DNA of 64,000 bases, taken from NCBI GenBank assembly GCA_038087875.1, contig CM075998.1:3660001-3724000 (forward strand), in the 5' to 3' direction. Below the pieces are notes generated by a model that ran no database searches, was not told the DNA's origin, and saw only the letters and a list, made by a program, of their open reading frames with translations. Below are positions 38,620 through 50,326 of this stretch, piece by piece. The position numbers and the translations under genes were made by a program. This DNA comes from Malacoraja senta. Its lineage: Eukaryota. The first letter of the stretch is position 1; every line of letters begins with the position of its first letter.

Positions 38620-38776
38620 GGTCGGGACCCTTCACACTGACTAGTGGAGGGGGAGGAAGAAAGCAGGAAAACAGGTGGGGTGGGACAAAGACAGAGGCCT
38701 TTGTCAAGATTTTCATCTCATAACAAATGAAAAGGTGCATGCACCAAAACTGATAACATTTCCTTTTCTCAAATAG

Positions 38777-38914
38777 ACTGGCGGCAGTGAAGAGGTTTAT
38801 AAAGAACAACAGAGGCAGCAACAGTTGGAAGATAATTATCGCTTTGTGTGGGGGGAAAGCCAAGAAGAAGCACAGTCATCGAGCAACACAGACTCTGATG
38901 ATATGGACTTCTAG
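38777..38914 (+). CDS. os9: os9 exon 15 coding part (TGGSEEVYKEQQRQQQLEDNYRFVWGE...DSDDMDF*)
   Basis: aaatag| acceptor, TAG at 38912-38914; C-terminus resembles human DLDEFDF. Confidence 0.95.
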   Translation, partial: TGGSEEVYKEQQRQQQLEDNYRFVWGESQEEAQSSSNTDSDDMDF

Positions 38915-39032
38915 GGACATGTGACTCTCAGTATAATTCAAGCACATCTTTGGGTGTTAGCACATGAACCAGCCAATTTGCACTTTGCCATGTGTAATGG
39001 CACATTTATTGTGATCAATGATCGCAATCAAT

Positions 39033-39038
39033 AATAAA
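39033..39038 (+). terminator. os9 proximal polyadenylation signal candidate
   Basis: AATAAA 119 nt after the stop, with T-rich downstream sequence. Confidence 0.5.
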
Positions 39039-39935
39039 TGAACCTGCAGAAGAATGGTCATAATTTTCTATTTTTATTGATGAGCTAAAATGGAATTTTG
39101 TGTTTATCGGGTACAGTCCTTTGTGTGTTGGAGGTGGTGTATTATATGGGCCATGCTAATATCTTATGAATGTGTATCTTAGTAATGAACCTTGCCTCTG
39201 AAACAATGGGCATCCTTCTCAACTTACTGAGAAACATGTTCTCATGCGAGGGGGCAAGGCCCAAGGCCCAGTAAGAAAATGGAGAGTGAGCACACTGTAA
39301 TGAATGTAATGTTATTTTAATCCCCCAAATGGATTTCTCTCCCAGTTGAAAGTAGAAAGCTAGGCAGGGGAAGTATCTAAAGCTGAGAATGCTGAGCAAC
39401 CTGGTGTTAAAAATCTGATTGGGATCACTACATTATCAGTATCGAGGCAGCCAACCTGCAATCAAAGTTTTGGACAAAGTCCACAATTCCGATCTTTAGA
39501 TGGTCTCGTTTGCTTCAAGTTGTTGGGTGGGCTGTATTTCTTTCCCACTGGTGGTGTTTCAGCCATGTTAGCCAAAGTCGGAGACCCAAATCCTTTTAAT
39601 ATACAAACCAATGACCAAGATTGCCTTGTGGTAATTTTGAAATGGCAACTTGCTGCTAAAAATAGCCAGTTTGATGACAGCATTCATCTTGCCTTTAGTA
39701 AATAGATAAATACCAGATATTTGTCTCTGGTAGCTAACCAGTCATTTTATTAAAATTTGTATGTATGTCTGCCTCTTTTTAATATGAATCTTTTGTGCTT
39801 GTTGCTTTAATTCAAGAATGTATGAATTTGCTTTGTGAATAATGCAACCATTGCAATGAAAGTTTCCTGTAAGACCAAGTAGATACCTACTTCCTCTGAT
39901 TAATACTTGGACAACACTGTGATTGAATAATGTTT

Positions 39936-39941
39936 AATAAA
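39936..39941 (+). terminator. os9 distal polyadenylation signal candidate
   Basis: AATAAA at the end of an AU-rich, repeat-free stretch, followed by T/GT-rich sequence. Confidence 0.5.
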
Positions 39942-41914
39942 ACACAGTATCCAGTTTGTAGAGCGTTTTAACCTTTTATACTGAATCGAGCACTTAATGG
40001 GTGACTTGACAGTTTTGCATATTGTTCTGTGTCAAACTGTTTTCATGTTTTTATGAATCCGAGGGTTCAGATTACACGCTGGAAGGAACTATATGACCTA
40101 AGCATCTGAATATACAATCTGATCAGGAGGAAGCCAGCATGGACTTGAAGGTATTTGAATGTTTTGAGGGTGGAGCAAATGTTGAAGATGCAGCCGTTGT
40201 TAGTCATGAGAAGTCTTAACAAGGTTCCCGACCAAGAAAGTGAAATGAGCAACTGATTAGTTTAAATTGGGAATGGGGCGGGAAGTAGAAAACTGCGTAA
40301 TGGGAATATACTCCATTTAATTAAATGGTGGTGCAAGGAGAGGTATTTCACCAAGGATCTCTGCAGCAATAGTACATTTCTCTATAAAGAAGTATTGAAT
40401 AAAGCAGCAGGCCATATCGCTCTTTGCTGGTGACACCAAGGTATTGATGCGGTAAATGAGATGGATAGCGGAACATTACATGGGTTCAGAGTGAGGAAAT
40501 GAGAAGTTACTTGCTTTGGGTCAACGAAACCCGGGTCTATATCACTAAAGCCAGGGAGGGTCAAGGAATGAACAGAGAGATGAAGGATTCTATGTATGGA
40601 AGTCATAAATAGCTAGTGGTTGGGTGCAAAGACAAAAGGTTCAAGATCAGTCTGAAGAAGGGTCTCGATCTGCAACATCACCCATTCCTTCTCTCCAGAG
40701 CTGCTGCCCGAGTTACTCCAGCATTTTGTGTCTATCTTCGGTTTAAATCTGCCGTTCCTTCCTACACAGGTTCATGAGATGTTGGTCTTTTACTTTGTGG
40801 GCAATGTACGTATTTGCCCAGTATGCTATAAGGATTCAGTTTTATGTTATAAGGAAAAATCTAAAGTGTCTTGTAAGGAAAGTCAAACATGCGTTTCAAT
40901 TTAGATGACGTGGGATTGCTCCATTTGGGATTACAGAGTGGTGGGTGCCTGGAACGCACTGCCATGGGTGGTGGTGGTGGAGGCAGACACAGTAGTGATG
41001 TTCAAGGGGCTTTTAGATAGACACATGGATGAGCAGGGAATGGAGGGATATGGATCCACATGTAGTCAGATGAGGTGAGTTTAACTTGCCATCGTATGTA
41101 GCTTGGATATTGTGGGTTGAAGGGTCGGATCCTATGCTGTACTGTTCTATGAAACTCTTACACTCTCCCGACTTGGAAATATCTTGCTGGTTCTTCGTCA
41201 TCACTGGGTCTACATCGTGAAACTCCCTCCCCAACAGCACCGAGGGAGCACCTTCACGTGAAGGACTTCAGTGGTTCAAGCAGGCAGCTCACCCCCACCT
41301 TCTCAAGGGTCAATTAGGGACAGGCAATAATGCTGCCCTTGCCAGCCCAAATCCTGGAAAATGTATTAAAGAAAAATGTCAAACCTCTTTGTAACAGGCC
41401 CACTGTTTACTCTAAATAAGCTAACATGGGCAAAATGTATTCCTTCACTGGGGAAGTGAGGGCGTGTATTGCCACATGCAGAGGTGTGTGTAAGCAGGGA
41501 TTTGAGATTGTTGGCAAAAGACCCATGCGTGCGTTGTAATGGGGAACGCACTGTGGAAGAGGCGTTGGGAGCAGATTCATCGGTAACTTTCAAAAGAGAA
41601 GTGAATGAATCCTTAATTGGGGGGAAGATTGGAAATTCAGAGCTTGGTGTAAAGGGCCACCGGGTGAGTGGGAAGAATTGGCTGGTTCTACCAAAGAGCT
41701 AGCACAGGAACAATGGGCAGAGTGGACTCATTCTGTGACATTTCAATCTTGTGACCCAGCGATCTTCTGACCTTGTTTCATCAGTACAACAGCACTTGAA
41801 ACAACAACTTTACCATCTGTGAAAGGTTTTTGGACCAAATTGCAGGTGACATCTCGACAAAAGTACCTTGACAGTGCATCTCCCACACTGGTGACCTCGT
41901 TCTCAAAACTACTA

Positions 41915-41928
41915 CTGCCACCTAGTGG
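41915..41928 (-). promoter_or_regulatory. CTCF motif between the os9 and tac3 3' ends
   Basis: CCACTAGGTGGCAG on the minus strand matches the CTCF core consensus. Confidence 0.55.
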
Positions 41929-43230
41929 TGTTACATTCATGCTTCTTGGTCATTTGTAATTTATTTGACAATACAGCAGCATTTAAAAGTATATCGATGA
42001 TCCCCATTTTTGATTTCTTAAACCATGCCCCTCCGCCTACAGATATGAACAATAACGGAGCCTGGAGTTGGGAATTCATAGCCTGTGATAGGGTAGCGAA
42101 AGCCTGCAAGAACGCCTTTTGATTAATTTAGCCTCCAGTGCTTTATGGAATCGATATGCTCTGGCAGTGATGCTTTCCCATCACAGTTGTGTGGAACAGC
42201 TTCTTTACTTTGTGAATTGGGAAGCATAGGGCATGGGTTTAAGGTGAAGGGCAAAAGATTTAATAGGAACCTGAGGGGATGCTTTTCCATTGAGGTTTCT
42301 CACTGGTTGTGGTTCACTAACTACCTGCCACTGGCTGAGTCTGGATGCCGTGTCCTTTAGTGCTCTGTCAGAGATGCTGCTGAACCACCTTTAATGATGG
42401 ATATTGAACTGTTCCCTACACACACAGATCGCAGTCTGTTGCCCTTGCTACTTTCAGCACCCTTCCAAGTGTCCTTCAATGTGGAGGAGCACTGATTCAT
42501 CAGCTGTGGGAGGTGGGGAACAGGGAGGGAGGGCTCTTGGACAAATATGACCTGATGTCATGGGGTTTGGAGTCAATGTTGTGAGACTCGGGGCAACTCC
42601 TGCTCACTGTCTGCCTGGGGGAGCAGGACGTACTGAGGGACGACGATGGAGGAGTCTGATAGATTAGCGGTAGGGCACGGGTCTGTCTCTGCAACTACAT
42701 CAGACCGCTCCTTGACCAACTCTCAGGACTTCTTGTCAGCTGAGCTTGTGGTCAAAGGAGGTGCGTTTTAGAGTTTCTCAAACTAGGATGCAGAGGAGGG
42801 AGGGGAATCCAGCGTGTTGTGCCCAAGTACTTCCCATCCAAGCAGTTTGATTATTAGAAATATTCTTGCAGGCGAGATCACAAACTGACTTGTAGGCTCA
42901 TGATATCATTTTTCCCTTGCTTAAAATGAAGCATGTTTCCCAGCTTGGGAAATGAATGGTGCAATATTACCTTTGCTCAACATATTGTACAGCACGCAAT
43001 CAAGCCCTTTGGCCTGACTTCTCCATGCCAACCAAGCGGCCTATCTAAGCTAGCCCCATATGCCCGCATTTTCCTGTAAGCCCAACATATCCATGTACCT
43101 CTCCAAATGTCATTTAATCTTTGAAAACATTAAATAATATGATTTTGCAATATGGAAACACATTTAAATTGCTGCTGTCTGAATATATAGAAAGCTAATT
43201 TCCACATGTGGAATTGTACTGCTAACCCGT

Positions 43231-43236
43231 TTTATT
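43231..43236 (-). terminator. tac3 polyadenylation signal candidate
   Basis: AATAAA on the minus strand in AU-rich unique sequence downstream of tac3. Confidence 0.35.
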
Positions 43237-43505
43237 TTGTGGCCATTATTAACCTGTTCAACCATTATTAACCTGATTTTAATGAAAGTAAATATAAAAA
43301 TGATAACTGGCAACACATGCAGAATGTGGCAATCTTAGTCAAGTCTCCATTGCCCATGTCTAGCAGAGCCTGTTTTTCTTTGAACTTGGCAATGATATGC
43401 CCTTATGTAATATTGGGTTGTCCTCTTCTTGCGTTTGGCCTAAAGTTGTGGGACAACTTGTTCTATTTGATCTTATTTGATTGTGCACGCCAGGTTGATT
43501 GCATT

Positions 43506-43897
43506 CATAGAAACATAGAAAATAGGTGCAGGAGTAGGCCATTCGGCCCTTCGAGCCTGCACCGTCATTCAATATGATCATGGCTGATCATCCAACTCAG
43601 TATCCTGTACCTGCCTTCTCTCCATACCCCCTGATCCCTTTAGCCACAAGGGCCACATCTAACTCCCTCTTAAATATCGCCAATGAACTGGCCTCAACTA
43701 CTTTCTGTGGAAGAGAATTCCACAGATTCACCACTCTCTGTGTGAAAAAAAAATTCTCATCTTGGTCCTAAAAGACTTCCCCCTTATCCTTAAACTGTGA
43801 CCCTTTGTTCTGGACTTCCCCAACATTGGGAACAATCTTCCTGCATCTAGCCTGTCCAACCACTTAAGAATTTTGTAAGTTTCTATAAGATCCCCCT
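43506..43897 (-). mobile_element. CR1 LINE 3' fragment
   Basis: Near-identical to the 3' end of the 19286 element. Confidence 0.9.
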
Positions 43898-44609
43898 TCT
43901 ATAAGATTCGTCGAAACAGATTGCAACCACGCGAAGGTTGCAATCTCCCACCCCAATATTGGGTTATTAATTAAAAGGACTAAGGAAACTGGAAATCCTG
44001 GAAAAAGCTCGCGCAGGTCACGGGCAGAATGAGCAGACTCTGCACAGACAGCACCCATAGTCGGGATCGAACCGGGGTCTCTGGCCCGAGGCAGCAACTC
44101 CGTTGCTATTGCAAAGGAAGAAGCTGATTGTGGTGAGGAAGGTGAATCCTGGAGCCTGAAGGACAAGTGGGTTTGGTTGAGTGTGATGAAGAAGACAGCA
44201 GTGCAAGAGATGCAGAACATACGTGTAACACACTGAAACATTCCTTAACCTCTGCACACACTGATTGCAAATACACAAAACATGGGCATGATGCACTGAA
44301 ATCTTAACGTTAAATAAAAATGTATTGATTTGGACTGGACAGTAGAGGGGATAGAATACAACAGAACACCAGTTCCAGCTCTAGAATTGTATCCTCACCA
44401 CGTGCTTCTTCCTCGTCTCCTTGGCTGGCGATGAAGGCCACAGATTCTCTCAAACCAGAGTCGGCACACCCACGCCGAGGTTGAATACAAACATAATTTG
44501 ACTGTAAATACGGTTATGTAAAACAAATTTACTAGCTTATTCTGGGAAGGCGTGCACTTTGGTGGACGGAGCAATCACTTCCTTCTCATGGCTCCGCTTG
44601 CTTTCGACG

Positions 44610-44628
44610 TTAAATGGCCCCACAAGTC
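44610..44628 (-). CDS. tac3: tac3 candidate last coding exon start (R-TCGAI*)
   Basis: ctctgcctttag| acceptor, phase 2 compatible, TAA at 44612-44610. Alternative acceptors exist. Confidence 0.4.
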
Positions 44629-45237
44629 CTAAAGGCAGAGCAAAGCTTTGTTTAATTTACAGCTGGTCTCAGTATGTTCATGAGTTCTAAGAGCAGAATT
44701 AGGCCGTTGATTGCATTGGTCGAAACAGGTCTACTCCGCCATTCAATCATGGCTGATCTATCTCTCCCTCCTAACCCCATTCTCCCCATGTCACCTGTAC
44801 TAATCAAGAATCTGTCAATCTCCGCCTGAAAAATATCTATTGACTTGGCAACGAATTCCACAGATTCTCTGACGAAAGAAATTCCTCCTCATCTCCTTTC
44901 TAAAGGTACATCCTTTTATTCTGAGACTGTGGCCTCTAGTCCTAGACTCTCCCACTTGTGGAAACATCCTCTCCACATCCACTTTATCCCGGCCTTTCAC
45001 TATTCACTAAGGTTCCCACTCATCCTCTAAACTCCGGTGCCGTCAAACGCTCATTATGTTAACCCAATAATTCCTGGGATCAGACCAAATGGATGCAGGA
45101 ATCACAGCGGGCACGTACTGAGAGCTGACATCGACTCCAGGCCGCTCAGGGGAGAGGCAGTCAGCCTTGGCCACACGGCTGAGTGTCTGATTCACAGCTT
45201 CATAAGCTGACAGCTTTGCAGGGAATGAAATTATTAC

Positions 45238-45310
45238 CTCGGCTTGCAATTGGTGGAGGTCCTGTGTCCTTTTCTCCCTGGTTCATCTTCATTAAGAGCA
45301 GTTGATTCAT
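45238..45310 (-). CDS. tac3: tac3 C-terminal exon (DESTALNEDEPGRKGHRTSTNCKP-R)
   Basis: aaacag|...GAG|gtaata; open in the required phase 1; starts with D and ends C-K-x-R, similar to fish Tac3 C-termini as recalled. Confidence 0.7.
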
Positions 45311-45384
45311 CTGTTTAAATGTGATATTTGAAATTAATATTTAGGTTCTTTTGCTCAGGTTTCATCCATGGTGTTGTCCAGAGC

Positions 45385-45964
45385 CCGAGTGAGACCACAC
45401 CTGGAGTATTGTGTGCAGTTTTGGTCCCCTAATTTGCGGAAGGACATTCTTGCTATTGTGGGAGTGCAGCGTAGGTTTACAAGGTTAATTCCCGGGATGG
45501 CGGGACTGTCATATGCTGAGAGAATGGAGCGGCTGGGCTTGTACACTCTGGAGTTTAGAAGGATGAGAGGGGTTCTCATTGAAACATATAAGATTGTTAA
45601 GGGCTTGGACACGCTAGAGGCAGGAAACATGTTCCCGATCTTGGGGGAGTCCAGAACCAGGGGCCACACACAGTTTAAGAATAAGGAGTAAGCCATTTAG
45701 AACGGAGACGAGGAAACACTTTTTCTCACAGAGAGTGGTGAGTCTGTGGAATTCTCTGCCTCAAAGGGCGGTGGAGGCCGGTTCTCTGGATGCTTTCAAG
45801 AGAGAGCGAGATAGGGCTCTTAAAATTAGCGGAGTCAGGGGATATGGGGAGAAGGCAGGAACGGGGAACTGATTGGGGATGATCAGCCATGATCACATTG
45901 AATGGCGGTACTGGCTCGAAGGGCCAAATGGCCTACTCCTGCACCTATTGTCTATTGTCTATTG
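45385..45964 (+). mobile_element. CR1 LINE 3' fragment
   Basis: VRPHLEYCVQFWSP...; (CTATTGT)n tail. Confidence 0.92.
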
Positions 45965-46585
45965 ACTTCGAGCTAAGAGATTACGAGTTTGAGTCCTACT
46001 TCAGGGACTGGAGCTCGTGATCCAAGCCGACACCTTGAGACACTGAATGGTGTGTCTTTCAATGGAAATTAAACAAGGCCTCGGCTGCTGTTCTATAGCT
46101 GCTTCAGATCATCTGGCCTCATTGGAATTTCAGTAATAAGAAACGGAGATTGCTGGTAAGCATTCAGCAGGTCAGGCAGCATCTGCGGAAAGGGAAACAG
46201 TTAACGCTGACTCTGAAACCTCAATTCTATTTCCCTCTCCGCAGATGCTGCCTGACCTGCTAAGTGTTCACTACATTTTTTTTTAGTTTTGATAAGAAAT
46301 AAGAAATTAGAATTTGAAATGGATTACAGAAGAAAGGGAACGATGTTATTTTGTTGCTTTTGTCAACTTGCCCTGATTCTTTTGTTTCTAGAATGCGGTT
46401 TCCTATTTCTCAACCATTCCCGTGCCTCCGCTTTGTTCTTCAATATATGAGAATGTTACAAAGATTTAGTTATGGTTCATGTTTGAGGTTCGAAACCCTT
46501 TGGCAGAACTGGGAAAGAGAAAACATGTTAATTTTAAGTTGCAGAGGAGCCTCGCGCTTGGCCTCAGGTTTTCTCTCACACTGTA

Positions 46586-48751
46586 GGGGGCAGCGCAGCG
46601 GTAGAGTTGCTGCCTCACCGCGCCAGAGACCCAGGTTCGATCCTGACTACGGGTGCTGTCTGTACGGAGTTTGTACCTTCTCCCCCGCGACCTGTGTGGG
46701 TTTTCTCCAATATCTTCGTCAAGATCTCCCACACTCCAAAGATGTACAGGTTTGTAAGTTAATTGTCTTCCGTAAAATTGTTTAAAAAAATGTGTAGGAT
46801 GGAGCTAGTGTCTGTGCAGACTCGGTGGGGCTGAAGGGGCTGTTTCCACCCTGAATCTCTGAAGTCTGTATCAGAAGCGGTCACATCTGCCTGTCATCCA
46901 TTTGTAATATTGCTCAATTTTTCTCTCCCCATTAATAATAACCTGACCTGTTGTCCCAGGACCCTGCTTTTAGAAACCTGTAAACATGTGGAGTTTGTAC
47001 GTTCTCCCTGTGACAGCGTGGGTTTCCTCCGGGTGCTCCGGTTTCCCCCCACATCCCAAAGACGTGCGGGTTTGTAGATTAGTTGGCCGTCTGTAAATTT
47101 CTCCAAGTGTGTCGGGAGTGGATGAGAAAAGGGGATAACATGGAACTAGTGTGAACGGGTGATCGATGGTCGGCACAGACTCGGTGGGCCGAAGGGCCTG
47201 TTTCCATACTGTATCTTTCTTTCAATCAATCAATCACAGAGCTAATATGTAACTTCAAGAGATTCAACCTCACCCAGTTCCATGTTTCGTCTTCCCATCA
47301 GACCAACAAAAAAATCATCCAAATCCCCTGCAGATGAAAGAAAAGCAATTCCTTTAACAGTCCAGCAGGCTCTGCTGTTTAGTTTAGAGATACAGCGCGG
47401 AAACAGGCCCTTCGGCCCAACGGGGCCGCGCCAACCAGCGATCCCCGCACACTAACACCATCCTACACCCACAAGGGACAATTTTTACATTTACCGAGCC
47501 AATTAACCTACGAACCTGTACGTCTTTGGAGTGTGGAAGGAAACCGAAGTCGGAAACCGAAATCAGAGAAAACCCACGCGGGTCACGGGGAGAAGGTACA
47601 AACTCCGTACAGACAGCACCAGTAGTCAGGATGGAACCCGGGCCTCCAGCGCGGCATCCGCTGGAAGGCAGCAACTCTACCGCTGCGTCACCGTGCTGTA
47701 TTCAGTCTCAGGCTCCCAGCTGCTGCACTTGGACCACTCAATGTTGGTACCCAGGGCTATCGTAACACTCATGCCCGCCTTGCCCACCGACAATCTGGCC
47801 CAGAAACACCCAGTAAATGGGTTGTGTTTACCACAACACTTAACCTTTAGAGAGACACAAGGAACTACAAATGCCAGTTTCCAAAATAAGACACAAAATG
47901 CTGGAGTAATTCAACAGAGTAACTCCAGCACTTTGTATCTTACTTGAAACATTTATCCAGTCGGCCGAATGATTGGGAAAAGGACCAAAGGATTAGGGTG
48001 GCGCAGCGGTAGAGATGCTGCCTTGCAGCACCAGAGACCCGGGTTCGATCCTGACTACGGGTGCTGTCTGTGTGGAGTTTGTACCCTGTGACCTGCGTGG
48101 GTTTCCTCCGGGTGCTCCAGTTTCCTCCCACTCTCCAAAGACGTGCGGGTGTGTAGGTTAATTGGCCCCAGTGTGTAGGATAGTGCTAGTGTACGGGGTG
48201 ATCGTTGGTCAGCATGGTCTCGGTGGGCTGAAAGGCCTGAAGCCTCGCTGTATGTCTAATGTAGAGTTAAAACTATATACAAGACTGACTTTTTGTACTG
48301 TTTTCACATCGTGAAGAATTCAACAAAGATATTGAAATTGGTGGATGAAGTTTTCATCTCTAATGCACTGAAATACGCAGGTGTATGACCAACAGTTTGG
48401 ACACCTCTGCCCATGTTTATTCTCCCTGTTGTATCCTGAAGGTGCTCATTGCCACACTGTAACACATTACATGTTGTCAGGTGGTGCAGCGGTAGAGTTG
48501 CTGCCTTACAACACCAGAGACCCGGGTTGGATCCTGACTACAGGTGCTATCTGTATGGAATGTATACGTTCACCCTGTGGCCCACGTGGGTTTTCCCCGG
48601 GTGCTCCGGTTTCCTCTTTCGGTTTCCGGCTTTGGTAAAGATTGTAAATTGTCCCAAGTGTGTAGGATAGTGCCAGTGTATGGGGATCGCTGGCCTGCAC
48701 AGATTTGGTGGGACGAAGGGCCTGTTTCTGTGCGGTATCTCTAAACTAAAC
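46586..48751. mobile_element. cluster of five tRNA-SINE copies in tac3 introns (46586-46862 +, 46988-47235 +, 47376-47695 -, 47996-48260 +, 48481-48751 +)
   Basis: Each matches the 28-324 family. Confidence 0.85.
47274..47327 (-). CDS. tac3: tac3 54-nt neurokinin B exon (R-DLDDFFVGLM-GRRNMEL)
   Basis: tctgcag|...CTGG|gtgagg; DxxDFFVGLM-GRR. Confidence 0.94.
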
Positions 48752-49365
48752 ACGTGACCAAATGTGGGATCAGAGAGTGGGTCAGAGAGAAGGCACCAGC
48801 TGGTTAACCTATGCCCATCACCCCTCTTTAATAACTTTCCTTCTGAACATTATTTTCCATTTGTATTATCCTTCTAAACTCTGCACCCATTCTAAATTGA
48901 TGCATTATTATCATAATTCAGCATTTGGGGGTTATGTCCAGTTTTTAATCATTTATTTGATGGTATAACGTTAATTTCTGAAAGAAATATACCATTATAC
49001 CCTAGAAACAAGGAACTGCAAATGCTGGTTTACACAATAGGACACAAAGTACTGGAGTAACTTGGCAGCATCTCTGGAGAATATGGATAGGTGACGTTTC
49101 GGGTCAGGACCCTTCATCCCGCAGTCCTGCCCCACCTCACATCCAGCTTTCTTCCCCCCCCCCTCCCAACCACAATTAGTCTGAAGGACTTTAACCCAAA
49201 ACATCACCTATCCACATTCTCCGGAAATGCAGTGTGACCCACTGGGTTACTTCAGCACTTTGTGTCTTTTCTTTTAGCAAACCAGCATCTGCAGTTCCTT
49301 GTGTCTCCACTTACATAACATTGTCAGGTCAATGTTTGTTGGAAAAATCTGTTGGGAGCACTTAC

Positions 49366-49395
49366 GTTTCTGAGCCAAGGGAATTTCTTTTGTAC
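49366..49395 (-). CDS. tac3: tac3 30-nt microexon (GTKEIPLAQK-R)
   Basis: ttattttacag|...AAAC|gtaagt; phase 1-1; creates the KR site before NKB. Confidence 0.9.
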
Positions 49396-49466
49396 CTGTA
49401 AAATAAATAAGACACATTGAGTCATATGCAGCACAAAAACAGTCATCAAGGCCCAACTTGTCAACA

Positions 49467-49898
49467 TGGAGGAAGGAACTGCAGATGCTGGTTTAAACCA
49501 AAGATAGACACAAAAAGCTGGAGTAACTCAGCGGGACAGGCAGCATCTCTGACGAGAAGGAATGGGTGACGTTTCGGGTCGAGACCCTTCTTCAGACTGA
49601 AAGTAGAAGGGAGGGAAATGGAGGTAAGGAGAGGCTAGAACAAAGCACGGCCGTCAACCGATGACCAAGGAAGGGTGGAGCCCACAATGGTCCATTGTTG
49701 GCTGGAGAAGAGATAACGAAGGGATGCAAGGATGCGAACTGTGGAACTAGTTGGACGACTAGGGTGGAGGGGACAGGCAAGGGAGGGAATGCAGGAGTCA
49801 CTTGAAATTAGAGACATCAATATTCATACCGCTGAGTGTAAGCTGCCCGAATGAAATATGAGGTGCTGTTTCTCCAATTTGCGTGTGGCCTCGCTCTC
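49467..49898 (-). mobile_element. Penelope-like element 3' end: GIY-YIG C-terminus, 3' UTR and hammerhead-bearing terminal repeat
   Basis: Minus strand ESEATRKLEKQHLIFHSGSLH/GMNIDVSNFK* (stop 49800-49798), then a pyrimidine tract, then CTGAAGAAGGGTCTCGACCCGAAACGTC (49595-49568). Confidence 0.85.
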
Positions 49899-49908
49899 AC
49901 TTTAGTTT

Positions 49909-50326
49909 TAGACTCTCCTACTGTAGGGAAACCTTCCCCCCCCATGACGAACTGTACATTGCAAGGGCCAGGAAGCGAGCGGGTAAGATAATCTCTGACC
50001 CCTCTCACCCTGGCCACAAACTCTTTGAATCACTTCCCTCTGGAAGGCGACTCCGGACTGTCAAAGCTGCCCCAGCCAGACATAGAAACAGCTTTTTTTT
50101 CCACGAGTAGTAGCTCTACTCAATAACCAAAAATCTGTAGCCTCCTTTTGCTCTGGTATTTTATTTAATTCACATGTTTAATCAATAATGTTTAATTTTA
50201 AATGTTTAATGTTTTATGTGTCATTCCTAACTGTCACTGTATGTCATTGTCACTTGTGGGCGGAGCACCAAGGCAAATTCCTTGTATGTGAATACTTGGC
50301 CAATAAACTTATTCATTCATTCATTC
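49909..50326 (+). mobile_element. Rex1/Babar-type LINE 3' fragment
   Basis: RKRAGKIISDPSHPGHKLFESLPSGRRLR...RHRNSFF; AATAAA-(ATTC)n. Confidence 0.85.

Larger units (their letters stand above)
7778..38914 (+). other. os9: os9 gene span (OS-9 ER lectin, MRH domain, ERAD), 15 coding exons
   Basis: Exon translations follow human OS9 in order (LNIEELNEMKYGIEIL, WWTYEFCYG, YHSQTYVNGSKCDL, RVDEPQSCNYVL, VRVTK, KIEVKIV, NYRFVWG..DDMDF*). All introns are GT-AG with compatible phases. The 14 complete exons sum to 1866 nt (divisible by 3). Confidence 0.97.

Noticed and set aside
41772..41816. 45-nt minus-strand exon-like segment (DGKVVVSSAVVLMKQ)
   Set aside because: Isolated and downstream of the tac3 stop, with no partner exons
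46470..46508. Strong minus-strand acceptor as the tac3 terminal exon (VLPKGFEPQT*)
   Set aside because: Possible alternative, but 45238-45310 fits TAC3 exon size and motifs better; unresolved without cDNA
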